DNA of 64,000 nucleotides from contig CM060731.1 in the NCBI GenBank assembly GCA_030704615.1, positions 47,430,001 to 47,494,000 on the forward strand, read 5' to 3'. The notes beneath the pieces were generated by a model. That model was not told where the DNA came from, made no database searches, and saw only the letters and a list, made by a program, of their open reading frames with translations. Shown here piece after piece: positions 11,921 to 23,100 of this stretch (positions within the stretch are counted from its first letter, which is position 1; every line of letters begins with the position of its first letter). The stretch comes from Takakia lepidozioides (lineage: Eukaryota > Plantae > Bryophyta). The position numbers and the translations under genes are program-made.

Positions 11921-12003
11921 TTGGCCAATGGAATGATGACATGTTTCACAGACCTAAACCTGGTGACCAAATTACAGACTACAATTATCTGACCTTTGGC
12001 CAA
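11921..12003 (+). ncRNA. C/D box snoRNA, paralog of 11668-11751 (copy 2)
   Basis: Stem TTGGCCAA/TTGGCCAA, C box ATGATGA, identical ATTACAGACTACAATTATCTGA. Interior is diverged. Confidence 0.8.
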
Positions 12004-13099
12004 TATACCTGACACTCTATGTGCGGAGTTCTCTACTTTTTAATATGGATCTACTGCAGTCCTTTTGTCTGTTAATAATGATCAAGAGCAGACTTGTTAA
12101 GTCATGAAGGGAGCTTTATTGAGCCCACTTATGCTTGTTAGGTTGTTAAGGTTGTATTCTTCCTATCTCTTCGTGGTTTTTAGTAAGTTTTCTTTGATTT
12201 GAATGATTAAAAACTGTTTTTGCTGTTTTTTTTGGGCACATGAACTTGGTCCTTTTGTATTATCTACTTGGAAGTGATGTAGTCAGCTTGATGAAGTAGT
12301 TGATAGTCTTGATTCTTTTTGGTGAGTTGGTCCTTTTTGTTGTTGTTTTTTCTTTGATGTTTGTCTGTCCCTTCCTTTTTTTTTTTGTCATTTGCTCTTC
12401 TTTACCTTGGATTTGGCGCTGTCTTTGCGTAACTCTTAAATGTCTCAGTTTTATGAGGCTCTCACATTGATCAAGATACTACATCTCAAATCTGGGACAA
12501 ACCTCTGTCCACTATCCTCCTGACCTGGGATTTGGATTCTTTGTATGCTGCCATTGGCACTCTTCAGCAGACCTTCACTGTGAAGAGAATGTAATGATGG
12601 GCTTGAGCCATGTACCATGAAGTTAAACTGTAATCAGCCTATCCAATCCTCAATCGGAGGGGATAATGAACATTTGGCCAGAAGGGCGCAGCTGGTGTTA
12701 AGTGACACCAGAAATTATGCCTCTTTAGCAATGTTTTTTATGTTCCGTTCTGAGTGTCATGCTCTTCTAGGATCTGGTATTGTAGCTGTTGGGTTGCAGA
12801 AGTTTAGGTAGCATATATTTCCATGATTGCTCCGGGAAACATATTCCAGTCTGCATGTGCAGTATGTGTAATGTATGACTAGCAATGAAATGACCTGTTC
12901 ACAATTGGAAAAAGGAACCTTCAGCCACAGGTGGAACTTTCTGCAAATTTAGATCTTTACCAGTGTCTGCATCAACTTTCCGCCTCAGAAAATTATACAA
13001 TTGCATTTTTTCTTGTTAAGCAGACCTCAAAGCTTCATAGAGAAGGACTTGAATGTCAGAGAATTACGAGAGGGAAAAGTTACCTCTGAAGAAGTGCCA

Positions 13100-15420
13100 T
13101 GGAGGCTGAATAAGGAAGACAACGATTCGTGACCAAAGGGAGGGGGAGAGAATCATCCAGAGTCAAGAATTCGCCAGTGGCAGATTTGCGAAAAACTGGG
13201 GGGTGAAAGCTAGAACTACACTGAAGGAATAAAAGAAGCAACAGGCCAATTCAGAGTGAAACAGCCATAGAGCCTAAGAGGCCTAAGCATGAGGAAGACC
13301 CCACTCTGCAGCAGGCCCCCGGCGGCATCAGGAAAACCCCACTCTGCAGCAGGCCATAGAGATGCAATGTACCTGCAGCTCTCCAGAAAAGCAGCAGACT
13401 AATTTAGGCTGCCGAAAGAGAGCGCTTTAGCTTTACCCTTCCTAAAGGATTTACGGTGCCTCCAATTAACTTCGGGCTCATCCCCACCCAAGGGGGAGCG
13501 CATGGAGCAAAGTGAGCTGCCACTCCGCCGGGATGTTGTCATTCCATTGAATCCTTGATTCTGATATTCTGGTGCAAACCCTCCTCTAACCCCCGAGCGA
13601 TCAAAATCTTAGAGGAATTTAAAGTGCCTCCTTTCCCCACATCTGGGAATAGCTGTTCCCAACACACCCCACGCCTTACAAGCCTCAGACACGAGGTTTG
13701 AGTGAGTCATAAACAGCATAAACCTGACACATATCGGCTTACCCGGGAAAACCAATCCACATCTGGCCTTTCCACAAATTCCAGAAGAGCAGCCCAAACC
13801 GGACAGTTGGACCACAACCCACCAGCATAAAGGTTTAAAAGCAAAATAGAAGCTGCATTCCCAGGCACTGGATTCCACAAAGCATAAAAGGGGAGCACTC
13901 TAATCCAGGTGGAATTTGCCATAGGGCAAGAAACAAAGCAATGCGGTCTCGGATTCCCCCAACCTACACGAGATGCAATCAAAGGATGACCTAGGAAAGC
14001 AGATCCTGAGAGGAAGAATACGGTTAACCAATTTCCAGAGAAAGCCAGAGACTTCGGCTGCACGGTCTCCTTCCGCCAAACATCTTTCCAGATACCTTTC
14101 CAAGAAGATGGACAATCCGGCAAGTGAGACCACTTCCTTGTCCATTTTAGATCCATGGAGACCACAGGATTAAGCAGGGAGTAATTGAGCTTAAAAGTAT
14201 AAGCAAAGAACGGAGAGTGAAGCCTGTCACGCCAATTCCACTCTCCGGGGTCAAATTTCAGCATGGCCAGAGGAGCCTGCAGAAACCACATGAAAACATG
14301 GGTTTACATATATGACAACCGTTGTCAGCAGCGGGGTCCACCACCCCTGTGGCCATGCATAGGACACGAATTGCAAAGCAAGAATCCTCCGAAACCAAGG
14401 CAAGGCTGGGAGAGTGAAGGAAGCCAGAGTCTAAGGCAAGGAACTTCCATCCAGATAACAAGGAGCCAGAACGGGACAAAGCAAAAAATGCATCTTTAGA
14501 AGAACCAGAGCCAAAAGCAAGCCAGGCTGGGAGACCCCTTCCGTTGACCGGGAAGGAGGTAAGAGAAATCCATGAAGAAGGGAGATCTGCAGTCACAGCC
14601 TCCCACCCGGCTCTCAGCCCTCTTCGAGAAAGCAATCTTCAGCCACATCGGCGGAGATGAGAGCTCCATTCTCCCAATTAAGGTGGAAAAAATTAGTGAT
14701 ACCTACAGGATCCCCAAAAACCCATCTGGCGGAGCATGTAACCAACAGCTCAGAATCACGATTGAAATTACCAAAAAGAGGTTGTCTCAGCGCTTCCTCA
14801 GGAACTCGAGGCAAAAGATGATCCCTCAGCGAGAACCAAGCCCGCCAAATAGATCTCCAAGCTTGCGAGCCAGAGAGAGCAACAGAGTTAGTTGTGCCTC
14901 CCTGCACAATCCATCTAAGGGAAGGAGGCTAAACCGTGGAAAGAGCAGGACGAGCTTGAACAAGATGATGACGCACCAACAGACTCGAAGGAGATAAAAG
15001 AGTGCTTAAACACCCTGTAAACCCACTTGGCTAATAAGGCACAGATCTGCGATTGAGGATCAATAATACCAAGGCCACCATTGGTCTCTCCTGGTTGCAA
15101 GATGGACAATCTTGACATGTTCTGTTGGGTCATCTTGTTGGCCACGATCTGTCTGACTGGGTAGGGCATCCCCCCAGGGAAGACAGTGAGCAGCCACCGA
15201 CAAGCCACCGATGGGTCTTTCAATTTAGATAAAATCCCTTTTGATTTCCTCCAGTTAATATTCAGACCAAAAGCTTGCACAGAATCCAGACAAGGATAGA
15301 AGGGCCCGATCCACGTTTGCCTCTGAGCTGTTATCAATCAGCAGGAATGTATCATCTGCATAAAGTGAAGATTTGATACTGTCTAATTGGGCATGGTGGG
15401 GTGAAGGATTGTAGGCCCCA
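13100..15420 (-). mobile_element. 5'-truncated, frameshifted L1-clade LINE ORF2 remnant
   Basis: SLYADDTFLL (~15340-15370), GLNINWRKSK, GGLGIIDP..LLAKWVYR, and a zf-RVT-like region WKGIWK/FLWKLV..ILP/CISC..ET..CF..CP. Confidence 0.85.
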
Positions 15421-15447
15421 CCACATCTGGCCTGCTATGGAGGAGAT

Positions 15448-15720
15448 CACTAGAAGGAAATCGCGGAATAACCACTATGTGAACCACTGGTTTTGAGTGG
15501 GAAAGGACACTTAACCACTGGGAGCCTACCAGTGCTATAGAACGAGTGGATTTCGTGTCCCAAAGGTTAAAGACATAATGTGTGTCACCAGTGGTTCAAG
15601 ACAGTGGTTACGGCCACTGGCATCCAGGTCCACATGTACGCTGACCTGTCATAGTGGTAAACTAACCACTGAACAACATACTGATTCCAACCACTCCTAG
15701 CGGCTGTGACGTGGACGCAG
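15448..15720 (+). mobile_element. Possible CACTA terminus with subterminal AACCACT repeats
   Basis: CACTAGAAGGAAA at 15448 followed by many direct and inverted (T)AACCACT motifs. No partner end found. Confidence 0.4.
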
Positions 15721-16136
15721 CAAATCCCTCAATGAGCAATATCATGACACATGTCCCTTTTCCCATGGACACGTGGACGGAGAAAGATTGTCGATGAGAT
15801 TGGACAGTACCACCAAGGGACAACCAAGGACACGTGTCATATTTTTGAACATTATTTTAATTAATTCTAGACTTTTGGGATTAAACTTAATATATATTTG
15901 AATTAAAATTAATTGAAATATTAATAATATCATGGTGTAATGTGTGATTGAACTTTGTGAAATTACAAGTGATGTCATACTTGTTTCAAAATGTCATATG
16001 AGAGGTCCATTTGACATTGAAGTGCTTGTGAAGTAGCAGTATTGAACAATTCATTGAACGTCCACTTGGAAGTCGAATAATGTAATATTCTATTATATAA
16101 TCACGATAAACAAATGGGTCCTATGGGAACAATGTC

Positions 16137-16178
16137 AGTGAGACCTCAGTAGTGAGACCTCAGTAGTGAGACCTCAGT
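16137..16178. repeat. 14-bp tandem repeat (AGTGAGACCTCAGT) x3
   Basis: Seen directly. Confidence 0.85.
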
Positions 16179-16239
16179 TCTTTCCGTGGAAATACCATGC
16201 CGATGAATCCAGCTTCCCCGTGCAACCAATATCTTATCG

Positions 16240-16600
16240 AAGTTCCTCACCAAAGCTCACGTGGTCTTGTTAGGTGACTTCAATGCCCCGGTGGGCAAGG
16301 GTCTACAACAAGACGACGCATGAGGCTGTTTGGCGTGGATGAGCATAATTCCAACGGCAAGAGACTTATCAATTGTCTGGAGGAACTTCAGCTTTCGACC
16401 TTGAGCAAGAGATCAAAAGAAGACCCTTTGCAATGGTCTCGTGAAAAAGGAACGGTCCATTGTGGATCTTCTCATAGTGGACTATAAGGAGTTAGTCCCC
16501 CAGTGTTGCCAAAGGGGCGGTTGATAGAACCGATCATAATTGGTTCTTCTGACCACTTTGTTGTCTGGACTGAGATCAAAGGTGTATTCTTGACACCGAG
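16240..16600 (+). mobile_element. LINE AP-endonuclease remnant
   Basis: VVLLGDFNAPVG, NSNGKRL, SIVDLLIV and SDHFVV motifs across frameshifts. Confidence 0.75.
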
Positions 16601-17182
16601 ATCTGTGAAACGTTCGGTTCGCAAGTAAGCGGCGCATAGAAAAAATCCAGAGACCTCTCTTCCTGCGTAGGTGAGAACGAGCTGTGGAGAACGATTGCTA
16701 ACACCTGAAAGTGGAGTAATTGCTGCTTGTGTGGCAGATATGTACCAAGTGTTTCTGGAGCCCAATGTGGATAGGTTCATGTTGCTAGTCAGCCTGGCAC
16801 TCACTGTTGGTGCACCACCGCAAAGCCTTCCTTCCATTAATCTATTGAACACCCCTTTGGTCTGATGCTCTTCATAGTTCACATCGGTAGAAATGAACAG
16901 ACAGAAACGGAGGAGCCCTCACAGTGAATACAGATCGAGGCTAAGAATGAGGATAACAGAGAATGATTGGGAACATGTTCTCAATAAAAAAGCCGTGATG
17001 CTAGGGCTTTGCGCCACCCTTAAACCCTTTCTCTTCTCCTGCAGCTGCATAGCCTCTCGGAGGTGGACTGCAAAAATGTGGCAGAGAGGAAGAGATTGCG
17101 AGACGTAGGAGGAGGATTGTAATTGTAGGTTTGGAAGAGAGGAGGTTCTCTGCGTCAGTTGTCAATCCAAGACTGTGTTCTA

Positions 17183-20100
17183 ATGGAAGCAGCTGCAGTG
17201 TCAAGCTGCAGCTCGGGGGTATCGTGGAGAGCTCCATTACGTGCCTCGTACAAAGGCTGGGCACGCAGAGATTCTGTGAAGGCATCTGTCTTGCCACCCT
17301 CCTCGGATCTGAATTCTATCATTTTTTCGTGTGCTCAAGTATCGTTGCTGTCTGAGAGGACGAGAACGGGTGGGAACCTGACGTTACATTCGCGTGTTGG
17401 GTTAGAGTTTCTCAAGTTTACACATTGGAAGGGTGAAAACGTTGGGAGAAAGAATGAAGAGAGACAGAAAGGTTGCAGGTGCAAAACAAAGCGCCAGAAT
17501 AGGAGTAAGGGAAAAGCCCGGCTTCCGAAGGAGAAAACAGACAAGAGGACGTCAAGCAAGGTAGATCCTATTGGTTTTATGAAAGAGGACACGCTTGCGA
17601 GCAAGCCATTTGCCCAATTTTTACGTGAAAGGTAATAGTCCTACCTTTGATTGTTGGTGTTAGCTTTCTGTTTGCTGGAGAATTGATTTAAAAAACATGT
17701 GTATGTGTGTGAAGGGTGTCTTCAGTCATTCAGCTGTGTGAGTACAGTCGCAAGCACCTCTGGTTTCTGAAGATTGTAGAAGGCTCCAACTTTATTGCAA
17801 TTGATTCCATCAAGGGAGAATGGTATATGAATTTCATTGCTGCATAACGTGTCCCCGTAAAAGACTTATTGGGCCTTGCCACACGTATGTGCAGGCCTGG
17901 GAGAATGAAATTGCCATGCTAGTCAGACTTTTCTCGCCATGCCCTCCCGGCCATAGAAGCTGTACCCAGTTTGGATGGAGTAGAGGAGGTTTCTTATGCT
18001 GAATTTTGTTGTTATACGCTTCCCAGATACAAGACCCTGAAGGATTTGAAGGAACGTATTGCAGCTCGGGATGAAGATTTACTTGAATTTGCTAATGCGT
18101 ATGTCACCTTCATCCACATCATGCTAGTCCTTTAGCTAACGGGAGCCGTACATCTATCCAACCGGCTATCAATTGGTTATGTTACATGATGTAGCTTCTT
18201 ACATGAATTTATTGTCTGTATTTTCAAGCTTGATTCCTTGGTAATTCTGTCAGGTGACCAAGTTCCAGAGGCGTAGAGGGGGTCCATAGTCTCTTTTTAT
18301 TCAACAAAGTAGGGAAGGTGTATTTGAAGGGCAGGAAATTTGAAGCTTAAAGTGGCTGTGGTCCAGGTATACAGTTATGGGTCTTAAGCGCCATTTTGAA
18401 CACATGGTCGAATTTTATGAGTGGGCCCCTGGTATTATATTTCTTATCCTTTTCATCTCTATTTGATGGCATGCCATAACTGTTCCAGATATGTTTCTGC
18501 ACAGGGAAGGAGGGAGTGGTTGTTTAGGGAGGAGGGGTCTCACATTCAGGATGAGAGACATTATCACTGGCAGATGCTATCAAGCTGAAGCACTGGTCTG
18601 AGAAACCTGTTGAATGCAGGTGCACGCTTCTGCTCCGTGGTGGGAGATTTTAATGACTGGGTGCACAGGCAAGATTGTGCTGGAGAGGGCTATTTGGGTC
18701 GGGATGACTATGGATACTGGCGGGTTGTTATAGAAGACAAGCTTCGAGAAGGACAGGAGGAGGATTTAATGTGCCAAGTATGATTATGCCACTGGACTAT
18801 TTACGATCCATGCTGTATTTGAGTTTGTATATTTGTGTTAGGAGGATGTTTGGTTTCGGTTCCCACATGGTCATTTTCATGAAATCTCCCATGTGGAATG
18901 CTGGGCTCCTTCCATGGGTTTGCTTCTGAAAGCTTGTGGGTGTGTAATATCTTGTCATGTATGACAGCTGCTATGTTCCCACTTTGGTGACTGTTACTTC
19001 GCTTTAAACCCCTATGGTCTGGTTCTGTGGTATCAGGAGTACAATTATGAAGTTGACTACGACCATGGCGATGAGGAAATCGACGAGGATGCTTTATTTG
19101 AGAAGATTGACAATGAGTATTGGGATCCTGGGGAGGATGAATTCATTTCTCCTAAGGATGATCTGACCCAGGAATTGTTTCAAGCTGTATTTGGATCAGA
19201 TCTAGATCCTTATAGGGAAACGGATGGAAGTCTGCATGGTAATCATACAGTTGCACATGATGAGGATGAAGAAGAACAGGAAGAGAGGCCAGATTTGCAG
19301 GACTTTATTTCTGGTGTGGATAAACGAATGGAGGTTTTTATCAGAAGTAAGCCAAGCAATCCAGACCTGCCACCCATTACAGTTGTGGATGATGGGAGCA
19401 ACCCAAATGTACCGACATTGGTGGATGATCCTGTGTGGAGGGAGCGTGTGGAGGGCAAGAAGCCACCTGATGCATATTGGGAGTTGTTTCGTAAAGGACG
19501 CAAGGCTTGGGAGAAGAAGTATAGTCCTGGGATATCTCATCGTGACCGTTTTCGGGTGTACTTTCACACGCCAGAGGGTCCCTTGGAACGCGTTCCGGCC
19601 TGGGCTACGTATGTTCTTCCTGGTGAACTTCCTTTTCCAGTCCTGCATCTGTGATCTGGCCACTTTTGGGACGTGAGGCTCTTTTCTGTTGCTATTCATC
19701 CTTGTAGCCCATGGGAAACTTCTGTATGGAGGGGAAGCATGTGATAGCTGGTTTCATTCGAATTGCATGCACCAGGCATGGCTGCCTTGTATGCAAGGGC
19801 CAAAGCCAGGTTGACTCATTCAACCTCTTTGAAACTTCTGTATGGAGGAGAATATGCCGAAACGAATCTGCAAATTAAGATTGTAGGAAGCCGGCTCACT
19901 TTTGCCCCTTCCTACGAAGGAGTGTCGGCCTCCCGCTCGATGCCCACTTGAGTGGGCATGATTCTTTAAGGAGTTGACATTTTGATCAGTTTCTCACAAA
20001 GTGTTGCATGAAAATTGGATGGCTGCCTTGTATGCAATGGCTCAAAGCCAGTTAGCCCAACCAGCCTCTTTGAAGTTGTTTCTACCTTGAGAATGGCCTT

Positions 20101-23100
20101 TCTGATGCAACTATGGGCCATTCTTCTTTTGCAATCACAGATCCAGATGGCAACCAAGTGAGTGCAATATTCTGGGATCCTCCTCCTGGGGAGAGATACA
20201 CCTGGCAGTTTGCAAGGCCAGCCAAGCCATCTGCTCTGAGAGTATATGAGTGTCATGTGGGTATAAGTGGGCAAGAACCTCAAGTCGCGTCATTTAATGA
20301 GTTCACTAGCCAGGTATGATTCGTAATTGCAGGAATTGAAATCTGAAGGTAGATGGCCTGACTTGCTGAAAAGTCCTTTGCCTCACATGACGATTTGGAA
20401 TTTGCCAATTTACCCTGCTCTTGTTGTGTCAGTTATCTCTCCTATCTCATTGCTTCTCATGCATTCTGATCTTCTACAGCGCATCTTTATTGGTGGTTTT
20501 GCTCAAGCATTTCAAACCTGACTCGTGGGTCAGGCATGGATGGCTCAAGGAATTTTTCTGACTGTCACATGTGCATGACAATGTTATATAGGTTCTTCCC
20601 CGTGTGAAAAAGGCAGGGTACAATGCCATTCAACTGATGGGAGTACAAGAACATGCGGAGTACTCTAGCATTGGCTACAAAGTTTGTTTTACCTCCTTCC
20701 TTTTCCCTTCTTTGCAGCCTAATAGCGCTGTGGGCTCATATTGCTTGGTGGGCTGAAACCTTGTGCTGTGAATGTCCTGAAGGGATATCATAGCCAACAT
20801 TGTCAGGGGGAGTCACCCTCAGACTTACTAGTATTGATTTAGTGTCTTTGCATCAACCAATACTCAATTCCTAGTGAATTGACCAGTGTGGTTGTGTGTT
20901 AGTGCTCTGGGAAGTTCTGGTTAAGCCTCATATATAGTGTGGCGGACCAAGACCCCACAACCTTCTCTAGGAGGATTAGTATCCTGCAGGAATGATGCCC
21001 TTACAGGTATGTCATAGCCAACATTGATGAGTACATCTTTCTCTTGGATTGGATGACTGGGCTGTGGAGGTGTCCTTTTATTGTGCCATAGTATTCTCAG
21101 TGGTTTATGACTTACCACAGTGTCCAAACTTACCGGTACATGCTACCAACTAGGTTTTAGCTCAATCTTGCAGATTTTTTAACTTCAAGATTTTGTCGGA
21201 CCTTAATGCAGTGAGGTGGTTGGGTGTGTAGGTTACAAGTATGTTTGCTGTTAGCAGCCGCTTTGGCACTCCTGAAGACTTCAAGCACCTAGTGGACACC
21301 GCCCACGGTTGGTGTATTACTTCCACTTTCCTGTGCATACAGCTGTCCATATGCTTCGTTCTTTCCTCATGTATTCGGGGGATCATGGAGCTTTCTACTT
21401 GGGATGTCGCAAAACTTATCCTGCCTTCGAAGTATTTGCAAAAGTGTTCCATGATCTACTGTTGTGTCTATAGCCATGAGAGGGAGGGGCAAATGAGGAG
21501 ATGATGGGGCTATGGGGGGGGGATGCAGGGAGAGAGACAAACAGAGCCAGTGAGAGGATTAGAGAAAATGAGCTTGTAACATTGGGAACAGCATATTGAG
21601 GTTGCAGGAATGGAGCTTATTGTGATCATGGACATTGTGCATTCCCATGCGGCCCCAAATGAGGGTAGCGGATTGGCTTCCTTTGACGGTGCTAATGATT
21701 GCTACTTCTACTCAAGTGGTGGGTACAAACACAGACCCATTTTTTTACCTCTTTCAACCCATTGTCCCTCCCCTGGCTTTTACCTTCTTCTCCCGTTGTG
21801 GTTCTATATTTTCAAGATCTAGTCCATGTTTGTTTCCCATAACAGACCAGAGCATTGTGAACCCACAAAAATCAAACTAGCACCAGAGTGTGATGCATGC
21901 TGTAGCAACTCCTCCTGTCCTCCTGTTTGCAGCCCAGGAGGGTTCGACCAACTCAACTGAAGGACCTACTTGTGCAGTTATTGTCGGCCTACTTTTCTGT
22001 GGAAACAAGAAGTGGGCAGCTGGGCAGCCTGGTCTGATATGCACTGATGTAGCTTGAATTCCGAAACTCTACCATTGAACGTATGCATGCCCCTTTTAGT
22101 AACACCCAAATCATTTGTCAGCTGCAACAACGTTCATTCAGGTGACAGGATCATCCAAAGAAAGGTTGTTGCTCCAGGCAACATCCAAACATCTTTCAAA
22201 TGACAGGGAGCAACCTTCAACAAACACTGCTAACACGGATGAATAAAAATGGCTACAGCCAGATGCATAGTATGCTAAGCAACTCCACATAATCCAGGCC
22301 ACAACATATTATCATGCCAACTTTTGTCACAAGTCATTGACAAACTCCTTCACCATCCTGACCAAGGGTGTGAAGGATCTGACAGTAACTGCTAGAGCTG
22401 TTACTTGCTCATTGCTTGGCCATTGCGCATAAACATCACGACTTTTCCAGTTTCCGGTTGCCTCAGTTTCTTTCTGGGATGCTAGTGCAGCTTTTTTTAA
22501 TCTGAAAACTGTAGTTATTGTGTTGGACAGCTGTCCAGCTCAAGTTCAAGGATGGGTGAACCATGTCAATTTTTTCATTAAGCGTTGATGTTCATGATGC
22601 TGGTCTCAGTGTAAATTATTCAACCATCACAAATCATTGCATCCACATTGTCTTTTGCACTTCTGCTTGTTGTATGTTTTTGCAGACAAGATGGGACGGA
22701 AGAATGAAGTATAAGAATGATTATTTTGTTTATTTATCACAGGAAAGAGAGGCCATCATAAGAGATGGGGCACTCGAATGTTCAAGTATGGTGAATACGA
22801 AGTTCTTCGCTATCTTCTCTCAAACCTGAAGTGGTATGCACTCTTATTGTGCTCTCGTGCTGTGTCATGAACCAATTATTGACACATGGTCCAGTTATCT
22901 ATAGGATCAGTTTGTGAGGAGTAAGGATGTGCGTGGCAATGTGGTGGCTGTGACTATGCAGGTGGGTGCAGGAGTACAAGATTGATGGCTTCCACTTCCA
23001 CTCACTTGTGTCCATGATTTACACGCATAATGGCTTCAGTCCCTTCACCAATGGTCTTGATGAGTGAGAACTTGTTCATTGCCGATGTTGCTAGTTAGTT

